Positions 29,904-40,022 of a stretch of DNA of 64,000 bases are shown here, in pieces. This stretch comes from a virus. Lineage: Duplodnaviria; Caudoviricetes. The DNA lies in IMG/VR virus record IMGVR_UViG_3300029288_000071, positions 96,001 to 160,000 of that record. The stretch is one strand, 5' to 3'. The notes below the pieces were generated by a model, which ran no database searches, was not told the DNA's origin, and saw only the letters and a list, made by a program, of their open reading frames with translations. The stretch's first letter is position 1. Each line of letters opens with the position of its first letter. A program made the translations under genes and the position numbers.

Positions 29904-30423
29904 CTATTTCATCACCCCACACATCCCAGTTTTTTGTTTTTTGTCTTGCAAATAATTCAATTTTATTGGATTTTGGGTACATTGCTTCTATTCTTTTTCT
30001 AATTTCATTTGGTTTTTTACTATGTTTACTAACTGATTCAGCAAAAAATTGTTTTTGTCCTGGATTTCTAACTCTATCTTTAGGAATTTTCCCTTTTTTA
30101 AATAATAGACACAATTCACATCCAGACATTGTATAATTTCCTACATTTGCTCTATTTTTGTACCAAACAAATGCTACAGTGATATATTTGAACCCCCAAG
30201 ACTTACCAATTTCAATACATTGATCTAAAGCAGCAGAAACTACCCATAAAAAAAGTAAACATGACTTTTCATCACTTATTTTATCAATTAAAGTTTCTTT
30301 TAAAGCTTTAATTTCTTCAAAAGACATAACTTTGTAATAATTTGAAGCAGGAGACCATTTTGAACCACCAGTATTCCCATATTTCCATGGAGGATCAGCA
30401 TAAATGATTTGATATTTTTTCAT
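29884..30423 (-). CDS. MT-A70 family adenine methyltransferase
   Basis: IYADPPW, LFLWV, WGFKY, HSKKP, IELFAR, WDVWGDE. Confidence 0.92.
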   Translation of the reverse strand: MKKYQIIYADPPWKYGNTGGSKWSPASNYYKVMSFEEIKALKETLIDKISDEKSCLLFLWVVSAALDQCIEIGKSWGFKYITVAFVWYKNRANVGNYTMSGCELCLLFKKGKIPKDRVRNPGQKQFFAESVSKHSKKPNEIRKRIEAMYPKSNKIELFARQKTKNWDVWGDEIDGIKTD

Positions 30424-30782
30424 TTATACAATAATTGTTGAAGTTGATCCATTATTTCTTTATTTTCAACAGGAACTCTACCAATTAATACTATTTTGTT
30501 CCAGAATCCACCATTCCCACCAACATAATGAGTATTAGTGTAAGAAGTTATGGTTTTAAGTAAATTAAATGGTACAATAGTGATTTCTTCATTATTATAA
30601 TCCATTTTTATTTTAAAAATTATTCCAATTTCTACTTTAACATTCCCTCTAATTGGATGAATGACATCTTCTTGAGCTATATCTTTTTCCATTGATTTTA
30701 TCTTATCTTTGAATCTTTCAATCCAATGATAAACATCATATAGAGCAGCTTTATATTCATAGATGACTAGTGTATTGTTCAT
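30420..30782 (-). CDS. Hypothetical protein
   Basis: ORF with AGGA RBS. Confidence 0.5.
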   Translation of the reverse strand: MNNTLVIYEYKAALYDVYHWIERFKDKIKSMEKDIAQEDVIHPIRGNVKVEIGIIFKIKMDYNNEEITIVPFNLLKTITSYTNTHYVGGNGGFWNKIVLIGRVPVENKEIMDQLQQLLYK

Positions 30783-30799
30783 TTTTTATGTCCTCTAAT

Positions 30800-30946
30800 T
30801 TAATTTCCATCTTCTTCAGCCGTTATATATATTTTTAGTTCATCTTTGACGTTATTTTCTTCCATAAATTTTGCTATTGCTTCTTCTTTTGTTTCAGCTT
30901 TTATATACGCATAAACTTGAAATACTACTTCCCAATTTTTTTCCAT
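30800..30946 (-). CDS. Small 48-aa hypothetical protein
   Basis: Not in track; AAGGAG RBS; MEKNWEVVFQVYAYIKAETKEEAIAK... Confidence 0.6.
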   Translation of the reverse strand: MEKNWEVVFQVYAYIKAETKEEAIAKFMEENNVKDELKIYITAEEDGN

Positions 30947-30973
30947 TTCATTCTCCTTATGGTGTAGTAACAT

Positions 30974-31948
30974 TTATTCAAACCTTTTCTTTTCTATGTC
31001 AGGAAGACTTTCATAAGTATCAAAATAGGGCCATGTTTCAGGTCTGGGTAAATAACAACCTGTTTGTTCTCCTATTGTAGTAAAATCTGCACCTGCTTGG
31101 TTAAATTTAACATTTTGTTCTACTTTTGGTAGTGGCCATCTTGGATTTTTTGAATTAGCTGCAAATAAAAGTCCTAAAATATCAGGCATTGAATTTACTT
31201 TAATTAATAAAGATTTTTTAGCTAAATCTTCTGCTGGTTTAAGATATACAGCTAATAATGGAAATTTTTCCCAAACTTTAAACCACATAACTACTGTAGA
31301 ACCAACAGTGTCTTCTTGTTCTGTTTCTATAAGACGTCTAGCACAAACTCCTTTAAGTGACTGATAATTTATATCCCAACCAATAGAATATCCTATGTTC
31401 ATAGGAAGAATAGATCTTGCTGATTGCCAATTTTCTTGACCTGTCTGTAACATATTACAATATAGTTCTTTAGTCCATTCAATATGATCTTTAAAAAGCT
31501 TAAATGATTCTTCATTATTAGCTATGCTTGTTGGAACAATTACTGGCCATTCTGCTGCTGAACTATCTCTAACACCTCTTGCAGCAAAAACTGAACCAAG
31601 TCTTGTTCTCATATGTTGGTCTGCAGCAGCTCTTGAAATTCCTGAAATCATAAATGTAAATTTTGGAATTTCTAAAGCTAAAGGCAGTGTTCTACCTTCT
31701 AAAACTTCTTTTGTTACTACAAATCTTGCTTCAGGTGATAGCTTTTTCCATTTATCAGTGTCATGAATGTCATTTCCCCAAGTTTGTAGAGCAAAATTTA
31801 CCATTGCTCTATATGGATTTTCAACACATGAAACTATTTGAACTTTTATTTGAGAACACCCAACTATAAATTCTGTTTTTGGTTCAGTTGCAGGATTATC
31901 CCAATCAACTACTTTTTTTATTTCTTGTTTAATTGATTCTTTAATCAT
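30974..31948 (-). CDS. Divergent ThyX-like flavoprotein
   Basis: LE..KFTF.ISGISRA..Q..RTR, ARSILP, IN..SL, RRL pattern of ThyX, but the RHR...SxR signature is altered to RTR...GVRD. Confidence 0.75.
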   Translation of the reverse strand: MIKESIKQEIKKVVDWDNPATEPKTEFIVGCSQIKVQIVSCVENPYRAMVNFALQTWGNDIHDTDKWKKLSPEARFVVTKEVLEGRTLPLALEIPKFTFMISGISRAAADQHMRTRLGSVFAARGVRDSSAAEWPVIVPTSIANNEESFKLFKDHIEWTKELYCNMLQTGQENWQSARSILPMNIGYSIGWDINYQSLKGVCARRLIETEQEDTVGSTVVMWFKVWEKFPLLAVYLKPAEDLAKKSLLIKVNSMPDILGLLFAANSKNPRWPLPKVEQNVKFNQAGADFTTIGEQTGCYLPRPETWPYFDTYESLPDIEKKRFE

Positions 31949-31952
31949 AAAT

Positions 31953-34900
31953 TTATCCTTTTATTACTTTTATATTTGCAAAACTTCTTGTAGAATATCC
32001 ATACTTGTTATTATCAAGATTTGTCATGACTAATAAACTTCCCACATTAAAATCTAATGGTATTTGTTGAGCCCAGACTTTAACATCCATAGATTTTTCT
32101 TCATCTGCAATAGTAATGACATAATAGTTTTTATTTGTTTTAGTTTTTCTCAATAATACATTTTGTAAAATACCTGCAACAGTTCTAGTCATTGTATCAG
32201 CTTGTCCAACTTTAGTAACTTTATATTTTGTAAGAATTTCATTATATTTTGAAATGGGATGTTCTCTTAAATAAAATCCTAAATATTTTGTTTCAAAAGA
32301 AGTTTTTTCAGAATCAAAATAATCATCTTCTATTTTAAAAGTTGGATTGTCTTTCTTTTTCTTTTCCCTCAGTTGATAGTAATAATTCAAAATTGATTTT
32401 CTATTATTATTCCAAGAATCTAATACACCTAACTGGATAATTGGTTCTATTACTCTTTTTGAGATTTTTTGTTTAACTACTTTTTGCAAAAAATCTTCTA
32501 AAGAATCAAAAGGTCTACAATTAATGAGTTTTTGAACTTCATCTTTACCACACCCTTTAATAATTTTAAATCCAGTTATTATATTATTTTTTTCATCAAG
32601 AGTAAACTCATAACTAGACTTATTTATGTCAAAAGGAATAATATTAATTTGATTCTTTTTGGCTTCTTTTATCATTTCGGGAATATTTTCTTGAGAAATT
32701 CTATTAAGTAAAGAAGTAAAATATTCAAAAGGATAATAGACTTTTAGCCACATTTGTTGATAAGCATTTAGAGCATATCCGGCTGCATGTGCTGCACAAA
32801 AACTATACTCTGAATATTTTGCCATTTGATCTAACAATAAGTCAATTTGTTGTTCATCTAATCCGTTTTTTTCTGCACCAAGTTTAAATTTTTCTAATAC
32901 TTTATCAAAATCATCTTTTCTTTCTGAATCTTGATTTGCTTTATGAAGTAACTTCATTACTTTTCTTGCTTTATCAGCTTCAGCTAAACTAAATCCACCA
33001 ATTTCTCTCAAAATACCCATTACTTGTTCTTGATAAGTAATAACTCCATAAGTTTTTGAAAGAATATTTTCCATTTTAGGATGAATATACTTTATTTTTG
33101 AAGGATTATTCTTATATTCAATATATTGAGCTACAAATCCAGCATCAATACTTGCAGGTCGGTATAAGCTATTAATAGTAGTGATGTCTTCAAAATTTGA
33201 GGGTTTTGATTGTTGAAGAATTGATCTCATACCTGGAGAACCAAATTGGAAGATATCAATTGTATCTGCTTGTTGAAATTTTTCATATACTTTTGGATCT
33301 TCTAATGGATCAGTTTCCATTTTTAATGTAACATTAATTCCTGTTTTTTGCTGAATCAATTTTAATGTGTCATTGATAATAGAACAAGTATTTAATCCCA
33401 ACAAATCAAGTTTAATGAGACCAATTTCAGAAACTTCTCTTTCATCTCCACCTTCTTGTAAAGCAGTCATGTATTGATCTTTTAATCTAATAATTGGAAT
33501 AAAATCATATAATTTTCCAGGAGAAATAACAGTTCCTGATGCATGAGAGCCAGCATTTCTTACTTGGTCTTCTAATTTTGTTCCCCATTTAAGAAAATAA
33601 TCTTCATGATTTTTAATAAATTGCTTAAGATTATCTGGAAGGTTTTTTACAGATAAAGCTTGTAGATTTTCTTTTAATGATTTTTGATCATCAAATATTT
33701 TTGATAATTCATTTGTTAAAGCAAAATCAAAATCATTTACTCTACTTAAATCTCGAACTATAGATTTTGCTCCAAATTTAATGTAATTTGCAATATGAGC
33801 TACTGATTGATAACCATACTCTTTTTTGAGTTCTTCTTCAATCATTTTTTGTTCATCAGAAGAAAAATCACAATCTATATCACAAGGATCTTTTCTTTCA
33901 GGGTTTAAAAATCTTTCAAAATATAGATTATTTTTAATTGGGTCTAGATTTGTAATTTTTAAACAAAAAGATACTAATGAACCCACTGCAGAACCTCTAC
34001 CTGCTCCAGTTCTTCCACCTAATTCTGCTATTTTTTCAATAACAGATTTTATCAATAAAAAATATCCAGCAAATCCTTTTTTCTTGATAATGTCCATTTC
34101 ATATTTGAGTTGTTCTAAATATCTTTTTTCTTTAGGGATTCTTTGTTCATCTATTCTATTTTTAAATCCTTCTACACATAGTTTTGTAAAATAACTTTCA
34201 TTTGTAAAGCCATCAGGAATTTTGCATTTAGGAAAGTTGAATTGATAGAATGGAATTTCAATATTTACTTTAGAATTTATTTCTAATGTATTTTCAAGCC
34301 ATTCTTCTACTTGAGAAGTAGAAACTCCATATTTTTTAGAAGTTTCAATGATTTGATCATATGTCTTTACATAAAATCCGTGTTGATTTATCAACCAAAC
34401 ATTAAAATCAGGTTTAGTCAAATCCTCAAAAGTAGCTCTTTGATTAATCATCATCTTTACTTTTTGAAGATACCAATCTTCTTCATCTACATAGTGGGCA
34501 TCTAATCCAACTATAACTTTAATATTTTCACTTTTACCAATTTCAATAAGTGCATCATTATAATCTTTTTGAAAATTGTCATCTTCCAAAAATTGAACTT
34601 CAAGATAAAAATCATCTTTGAATATCGATTTATATTTTTGAACAAGCTCTACAAAGCCTTTATAATCACTAAAACGAATTTTATTTGCCCATTGAGAGCC
34701 CTGACAAGCTGTAGTTACAATGATATTTCCAGCTTTTTCAAAAATTAACTCATTTTTTGTTCTAGGTTTGTAGTAAAAACCATTCATTACAGCTTCACCA
34801 GAAATGTGAACTATATCTTTATATCCCTGATAATTTTTTGCTAATAAAATGATATGACTATTAAATTTATCAAAATCTTTGAATTGAATTTCTTCTTCTG

Positions 34901-35153
34901 GATTTGGTTCTTTATCTTTTCCTTGATTATCTCTATTATCATTAAGATAAGCTTCAATTCCTATAATTGGATTAATGTTTTGTTTCTTACATTCTTTATA
35001 GAACTTTAAAGAGCTAGCCATATTGCCATGTTCGGTTAAAGATAAACCCGGCATTCCAAGCTCTTTAGCTTTTTTGATATAATTCTCAACAGTCATAGAG
35101 CCATCACCAAATGAATAGCAACTGTGAGCATGGATTGCTGAATAAGTTTTCAT
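31953..35153 (-). CDS. dnaE: DNA polymerase III alpha subunit (DnaE)
   Basis: PHP domain HAHSCYS/TEHGN, GRGSAVGSLV, PCDIDCDF, IKLDLLGL, YQEQVM, YSFCAAHA; no intein evident. Confidence 0.96.
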   Translation of the reverse strand: MKTYSAIHAHSCYSFGDGSMTVENYIKKAKELGMPGLSLTEHGNMASSLKFYKECKKQNINPIIGIEAYLNDNRDNQGKDKEPNPEEEIQFKDFDKFNSHIILLAKNYQGYKDIVHISGEAVMNGFYYKPRTKNELIFEKAGNIIVTTACQGSQWANKIRFSDYKGFVELVQKYKSIFKDDFYLEVQFLEDDNFQKDYNDALIEIGKSENIKVIVGLDAHYVDEEDWYLQKVKMMINQRATFEDLTKPDFNVWLINQHGFYVKTYDQIIETSKKYGVSTSQVEEWLENTLEINSKVNIEIPFYQFNFPKCKIPDGFTNESYFTKLCVEGFKNRIDEQRIPKEKRYLEQLKYEMDIIKKKGFAGYFLLIKSVIEKIAELGGRTGAGRGSAVGSLVSFCLKITNLDPIKNNLYFERFLNPERKDPCDIDCDFSSDEQKMIEEELKKEYGYQSVAHIANYIKFGAKSIVRDLSRVNDFDFALTNELSKIFDDQKSLKENLQALSVKNLPDNLKQFIKNHEDYFLKWGTKLEDQVRNAGSHASGTVISPGKLYDFIPIIRLKDQYMTALQEGGDEREVSEIGLIKLDLLGLNTCSIINDTLKLIQQKTGINVTLKMETDPLEDPKVYEKFQQADTIDIFQFGSPGMRSILQQSKPSNFEDITTINSLYRPASIDAGFVAQYIEYKNNPSKIKYIHPKMENILSKTYGVITYQEQVMGILREIGGFSLAEADKARKVMKLLHKANQDSERKDDFDKVLEKFKLGAEKNGLDEQQIDLLLDQMAKYSEYSFCAAHAAGYALNAYQQMWLKVYYPFEYFTSLLNRISQENIPEMIKEAKKNQINIIPFDINKSSYEFTLDEKNNIITGFKIIKGCGKDEVQKLINCRPFDSLEDFLQKVVKQKISKRVIEPIIQLGVLDSWNNNRKSILNYYYQLREKKKKDNPTFKIEDDYFDSEKTSFETKYLGFYLREHPISKYNEILTKYKVTKVGQADTMTRTVAGILQNVLLRKTKTNKNYYVITIADEEKSMDVKVWAQQIPLDFNVGSLLVMTNLDNNKYGYSTRSFANIKVIKG

Positions 35154-35164
35154 TTCTTTTTATT

Positions 35165-35234
35165 AAATGCTTCTTTTACTAGTTCTTTTTCTATTTCAAA
35201 AATGCTTCTTTTACTAGTTCTTTTTCTATTTCAA
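35165..35234. repeat. Perfect 35-bp tandem duplication just upstream of dnaE
   Basis: AAATGCTTCTTTTACTAGTTCTTTTTCTATTTCAA x2. Confidence 0.95.
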
Positions 35235-35532
35235 ATAATTTAGCAAGTATTCCTTGTTGTTTTTTAATATAAATTATAGTAAAGTCATCAAGTATTTTCT
35301 TTACAAATGCTTTTGTAGCTATTTTGTAAGTTTTATTTTTAATTGTGCTCCATCTATATTTTTCATTTAAATCTAATTTCCCCCATTCATCTCCCATTAA
35401 TACAATGTAGTGATTATCATCTATTTTTTCTTTAACTAAAAAAGTATCTTCATTATCGCTTAAATCACCATTATGAAGACTTTCAATTTCATAATAAATT
35501 GTTAGTTGGTAAAATTTCATTATATCATCCAA
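35191..35532 (-). CDS. Hypothetical protein
   Basis: ORF track; C-terminus altered by the duplication. Confidence 0.5.
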   Translation of the reverse strand: MDDIMKFYQLTIYYEIESLHNGDLSDNEDTFLVKEKIDDNHYIVLMGDEWGKLDLNEKYRWSTIKNKTYKIATKAFVKKILDDFTIIYIKKQQGILAKLFEIEKELVKEAFLK

Positions 35533-36491
35533 TAAGGTTTTATATTTGAATTGTTAATTACTGATTTTATTGTACTTAAAATACCATCTTCTAATTTATA
35601 GTAAAAGTTAAAATCTGGAACCCATTTTAATAATTTACTATTATCAATATTGTGATAGTGTAAATAGTCTTGAGTTCCATCAAAATTAATTTTGCTAAAA
35701 TCTAATTTTTGCGGACAGGTTTTTTGAATAATTTCAAATAATTCATCCCAATTTTTTGCATCACTATAGTGTGTTCCTACATTAATTTCTCTATTCCATA
35801 CATCTGAAATCATTAAACTTAATGTAGCTAAAGCAATATTCTCTACTCTAGTATATGATTTACAAATTTTTTGATCCAATAGAACATTTAATTGATTAGA
35901 TTCGGGTTTTAAAACTGTATAAATAACTTTAGTTAATGCACTATGTAAATCTTCAGGATAATCGCCAAAACCAAAAACTGGGCGTAAAATGAGCTTTGGA
36001 GTTTTACATAATCTCTTAACAATCATCTCTCCAGCATATTTTGTTATTCCATAAAGAGTTTGGGGGTTAATTCTAGTATATTCAGTTATTGGATTATCAT
36101 ATCCATAATCATTTGGGTCAAAAATTGCAGTAGTAGAATAATAAACGAGCTTAATATTAAATTTGTTACAGATATCTACTATATTTTTTGTGCCTTCAAC
36201 ATTTGTCCTAATTGCTTCAGATGGATTAGCTTTGCAAAAATCAGTTCCAACATATGCACCTGAATGAATTATAATTTCTACATCTTCAAAAAGATGATTA
36301 AATCCTTCTAAATTTGTAAAATCAATTTCTGGTTGTCTAATGCTAAAGCTTTGATGACTTTTATATGCTACTAATTGTCTGTCTGGTATTTGTCTATTTA
36401 TAACTTCAAAGGGCCACTTATTTGTAGCTATAATTTTTTGAATTGCTAAAGGGATAGTTCCTGATTCACCTGTAATGAATATTTTTTTCAT
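35520..36491 (-). CDS. NAD-dependent sugar-nucleotide epimerase/reductase (extended SDR)
   Basis: ITGESGTI, IIHSGAY, NVEGTKNI, YSTTAIF, YGITK (YxxxK). Confidence 0.88.
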   Translation of the reverse strand: MKKIFITGESGTIPLAIQKIIATNKWPFEVINRQIPDRQLVAYKSHQSFSIRQPEIDFTNLEGFNHLFEDVEIIIHSGAYVGTDFCKANPSEAIRTNVEGTKNIVDICNKFNIKLVYYSTTAIFDPNDYGYDNPITEYTRINPQTLYGITKYAGEMIVKRLCKTPKLILRPVFGFGDYPEDLHSALTKVIYTVLKPESNQLNVLLDQKICKSYTRVENIALATLSLMISDVWNREINVGTHYSDAKNWDELFEIIQKTCPQKLDFSKINFDGTQDYLHYHNIDNSKLLKWVPDFNFYYKLEDGILSTIKSVINNSNIKPYWMI

Positions 36492-37054
36492 TTTTTCCTT
36501 TTTAAAGTTTTAATTACTCTATGAAGAGACATTGTATGAACATTTATAATAGTTTTTTCTAAATGAAAGTCATGCTGAATGATTTGTGACATCAAATGAC
36601 AAGCCCAGATAAAAGTTTGAGCATCATATAAAAAATTTGTATCATAATTTTGACTTCTGACATATACATTCAGATATAAACCACCATCTCGGATATAAAA
36701 ATGAAAATAAGATAAGCAGTGATTATCTTCTCCATCATAATTGTTAACAAATGCTGCTTGTCTTGACTCAGGATGTGCTAAAAGATACATTGCAACATCT
36801 CTTGTCCTATTTAAAATGAAATTTCTTTCATTTTTTTCTTCTTTATTTTTATTTTTGATGTCTACAATTACTAATTTTTCTGGAAGTTTATGAAAATCAA
36901 GAATATATCTATAATTTGTCAACTCAAGAGTTTTTTGAAACTTTTTATCCTTTGAATTATAAGTTTCTATCTTTTTAGCTGCTTTTGACTTAAAAGCTTT
37001 CTCAATTTTTTGCTCTATTGTTAATTTAGATACTTTCAAGTACAGTCCTATCAA
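36488..37054 (-). CDS. Truncated thymidylate synthase-like protein (dCMP-modifying type)
   Basis: SRQA, HCLSYFHFYIR..LYLNVYVRSQN..FLYD, SLH; Asp at the dUMP/dCMP specificity position. Confidence 0.75.
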   Translation of the reverse strand: MIGLYLKVSKLTIEQKIEKAFKSKAAKKIETYNSKDKKFQKTLELTNYRYILDFHKLPEKLVIVDIKNKNKEEKNERNFILNRTRDVAMYLLAHPESRQAAFVNNYDGEDNHCLSYFHFYIRDGGLYLNVYVRSQNYDTNFLYDAQTFIWACHLMSQIIQHDFHLEKTIINVHTMSLHRVIKTLKRKK

Positions 37055-37634
37055 TAATGTTCATTTTGTCTCTATTTTGATCAAACCATTCATAAGTAAC
37101 TGGATCTGGAACTTCAATTGTTTGCTGAGTACCTCTTTTGATAATTCCAACACCATAATCAAAATTTAAAACTCCCATGTATAAATCTGGTCTTTTTTCT
37201 CTTAATCTTAACCAAGCAGCATAACAATTTCCATTCCAATCCCATTTTTTTGATTCAATCATTGCAATATGTCTATCAGGATTTGCTGCTTCTTTTGTTT
37301 TGGGTAACATATCATGGCAAATTATAATTCCATTTTCATTTAATACATCTAATGAATTGATAATGTCTTTCAAGACTTGTTCTTTAATATGTAAACCATC
37401 AATAAAGATAATATCAAATTTCTCTTTATTTTGAGCAAAAAATTCATCTGAAGTCATAGATAAGATACCTAATTCAGATGAACTCTTAAACTTTTTAGGT
37501 TCAATTCCAACTTTCTTTTGGCAATTTATTTTTTTATAATTTGAACCATGAGCAGTTCCTATTTCAAGATAAGATAAGTATTGTTTTTTGTCAATGAAAT
37601 ATTGAATAACAGATGTTCTTGTCTTTTTTATCAT
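37026..37634 (-). CDS. Class I SAM-dependent methyltransferase (Methyltransf_24-like)
   Basis: YLEIG, FDIIFIDGLH, GIIICHD. Confidence 0.85.
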   Translation of the reverse strand: MIKKTRTSVIQYFIDKKQYLSYLEIGTAHGSNYKKINCQKKVGIEPKKFKSSSELGILSMTSDEFFAQNKEKFDIIFIDGLHIKEQVLKDIINSLDVLNENGIIICHDMLPKTKEAANPDRHIAMIESKKWDWNGNCYAAWLRLREKRPDLYMGVLNFDYGVGIIKRGTQQTIEVPDPVTYEWFDQNRDKMNIIDRTVLESI

Positions 37635-38821
37635 TCGAAAAAATCCTTTAATTTTGCAAATTGTAATGTGTAATATAAATCTTTTTGTAGTTGTTTATAA
37701 TAATTTAAATTATGCAATTGGAATATTACTTTATCATAATCTATAGTATGTAATATTTTAGGAATATCTGTTAAGTTTTGAATTAGATCATTATTTTTGA
37801 AAAAACTGAGCAATTCGGGATTATCTTTAAATAGCCCACATTCAAAATTTGTATCTTTATCAATAAAAGGAATACAGTCTCTAACAAGCGAATAATATAA
37901 TCTAGTTATTGCAAACTCATTTGTTTTTGGTGAAGGGAAAATAAAAGAAAATTTACTTTGACCTATCAATTTATTGTAATCTACATCTTTTATTACTTTA
38001 TTTTCTATAGTTTTTGACTTCAAATTATAGAATAAATTAAACTTTAATTTTGATTCAGTAAACTGCTTTTCAATATCTTTTATTTGTAAAGCATATTGTA
38101 CTCTTTTTTCAACTACTTTATCTTTCTTAAGTCTATCTATATTTTCATAAGGAACCATAAATCCAGTTGTAAAGTCATATTTTTTGTCATTGAAGTTTGT
38201 TCGAGAATCATTGTAGAAAAATGTATAACCAATAAATGGAATAGTATAATCTACTTTCCTATCGCTTAGATTATATTCATAAATTGTTTTACATTCATTT
38301 GATACAATTTTTGAAAGATTAACTTCCCATGGGTCATCTAAATACTGTAATACTTTGATGTTTTTAAACTGATTAAGCATATCATAAATGAAAAACATTT
38401 TTCTAAAAAAAGTGAATAGAATCATCATTTTATTATGCTTTGAAGTATCTTTATAAAAACTATCAAGTTCATCTTTAAGAATTTGTTCATTTCCTAATCT
38501 GTAAGATTTTAAAATTGGTAAAGAAGAAACTAACATATATTTAAAGTTATATTGTCCTCCTAATGCAATAACTTCTTGTTGAGCATCATCCCAGTTTTTA
38601 ACATCTGAATTAAAAATATAGTAGTCTCGATAATTAAAAGTTTTTAAAATATCTTCACATTCTTTGTAAGCCTTCTCATTTACAAAAATGAACACTGGAT
38701 TCAGGTTGAACATAGAGCAAATCTTCTGAGCAGCAAAACAAGTTGCTCTAATTCGAGTATATGTTATATACTTTACTCTCCAACCGAAAAAAACAAGTAA
38801 ATTTTTAGTCAATGTGTTCAA
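37631..38821 (-). CDS. Putative DNA glycosyltransferase (T4 beta-glucosyltransferase-like GT-B)
   Basis: YLDDP and NEFAITRLYYSLVRDCIPFIDKD resemble BGT FTDP and NFITLRVWETMASDAVMLIDEE; genomic context. Confidence 0.55.
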   Translation of the reverse strand: MNTLTKNLLVFFGWRVKYITYTRIRATCFAAQKICSMFNLNPVFIFVNEKAYKECEDILKTFNYRDYYIFNSDVKNWDDAQQEVIALGGQYNFKYMLVSSLPILKSYRLGNEQILKDELDSFYKDTSKHNKMMILFTFFRKMFFIYDMLNQFKNIKVLQYLDDPWEVNLSKIVSNECKTIYEYNLSDRKVDYTIPFIGYTFFYNDSRTNFNDKKYDFTTGFMVPYENIDRLKKDKVVEKRVQYALQIKDIEKQFTESKLKFNLFYNLKSKTIENKVIKDVDYNKLIGQSKFSFIFPSPKTNEFAITRLYYSLVRDCIPFIDKDTNFECGLFKDNPELLSFFKNNDLIQNLTDIPKILHTIDYDKVIFQLHNLNYYKQLQKDLYYTLQFAKLKDFFE

Positions 38822-39104
38822 CTACTCCGTTCTTGTCAGGTTTTCCCCATTTACGCTTTTTATTTATTTCTAATTTTTTAGTAGCTTCTTTATAACAACT
38901 CTTTTTATATTTCCCAGCTATTCCAAACAGTAAAATTTGACAATCTGCAATTTCTGAACCTACATCTCTACCAGATGACATATCTTTTGACAGTTCATTA
39001 ATTTCTTTTTTTAAATGAATAAGTTTAGAAAATGCAGTTGATTCAGTAAAAGTTTTATTTTGCCATCTTACTATCTTATTTTGAAGCTTATCCATGTCAT
39101 TCAT
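38805..39104 (-). CDS. MazG-like dNTP pyrophosphohydrolase (DUF550-like)
   Basis: WQNKTF, HLKKEINEL, EIADC, KLEINKKRKWGKPD. Confidence 0.8.
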   Translation of the reverse strand: MNDMDKLQNKIVRWQNKTFTESTAFSKLIHLKKEINELSKDMSSGRDVGSEIADCQILLFGIAGKYKKSCYKEATKKLEINKKRKWGKPDKNGVVEHID

Positions 39105-39622
39105 TTCAAAAATCCTAATAAAGTTTTAATTTCTTTTTCATAAATTAATTCTGGCTCTTTTTTATAAGCATAGTAATAGCTCGGATGTTTAATTTTATAT
39201 ATTGGATCATGTTTGGTTTTCATATATTCAAATACTTGATTCCCTAAACAAATTATATACTGAGGTTTTATGATTTCTAGTTCTCTTTTTAAAAATTGCT
39301 CAAAGCAAATATCACAATGTTTAATATCTACTTTATTATCAAATGATGAACATTTTACTAAGTTTGTAAAATAACTTTGATCATAAATTCCAATTTTTTT
39401 AAGTAATTCAGTAAATGGGTTACCTTCATAAGTTATCATAGTACTACCTGGAAATCTTCTTAGAGATGGATTTAAACCAATGAAGAAATACTTTACAATT
39501 TCTGATTTTTGATTGGGTAATAATTTTCCAAAATGAGGATTTAATTCTGAATAAGTATTTTGAAGAATAGAACCATAATCACAAATTTTACAATTTACTA
39601 TCTCATTTTTTAAAGGTATCAT
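39101..39622 (-). CDS. Uracil-DNA glycosylase family 4-like
   Basis: CKIC, FIGLNPS, YFTNLVKC, RELEIIKP..IICLG, HPSY. Confidence 0.85.
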   Translation of the reverse strand: MIPLKNEIVNCKICDYGSILQNTYSELNPHFGKLLPNQKSEIVKYFFIGLNPSLRRFPGSTMITYEGNPFTELLKKIGIYDQSYFTNLVKCSSFDNKVDIKHCDICFEQFLKRELEIIKPQYIICLGNQVFEYMKTKHDPIYKIKHPSYYYAYKKEPELIYEKEIKTLLGFLK

Positions 39623-40022
39623 AAATTTTTTGAGCTACTTGTTTAACTGTTTTGTGAGTTGTATTAAATTTATAGAAATTTTTATTCTTGTATTTGTTAA
39701 AATATTTTTCATATAAATCTAATTGTTGTTTAGCATGTTTCAACTTTAAAATATGAAGTTCACCTTTTCCATCAGCTCTTCTTAATATTTCTTCTGGAGT
39801 AGCATATAGATAGATCCATTTTGTTTCAAAAACTCTATCAAAAAGATTTATAATTATCTTAAGCCAAGTTTCATTACTTTTTCTTTTATATAATTTATCA
39901 TAAACCATATTACAAATTGGACTTCTAACTATAATCCAAGGCTCATAATTCATTAACTTTGATAATTCATGTCTCACAGAATCTTTTCCTGAACAATCAG
40001 GTCCAAAAATTATTACAATCAT
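39603..40022 (-). CDS. dNMP kinase (thymidylate kinase-like)
   Basis: GPDCSGKD P-loop, RSP, IYLYA..EEILRR. Confidence 0.75.
   Translation of the reverse strand: MIVIIFGPDCSGKDSVRHELSKLMNYEPWIIVRSPICNMVYDKLYKRKSNETWLKIIINLFDRVFETKWIYLYATPEEILRRADGKGELHILKLKHAKQQLDLYEKYFNKYKNKNFYKFNTTHKTVKQVAQKIYDTFKK

Noticed and set aside
24710-35234. CRISPR array interpretation of the short repeats
   Set aside because: Only two adjacent copies each, no spacers and no cas genes.
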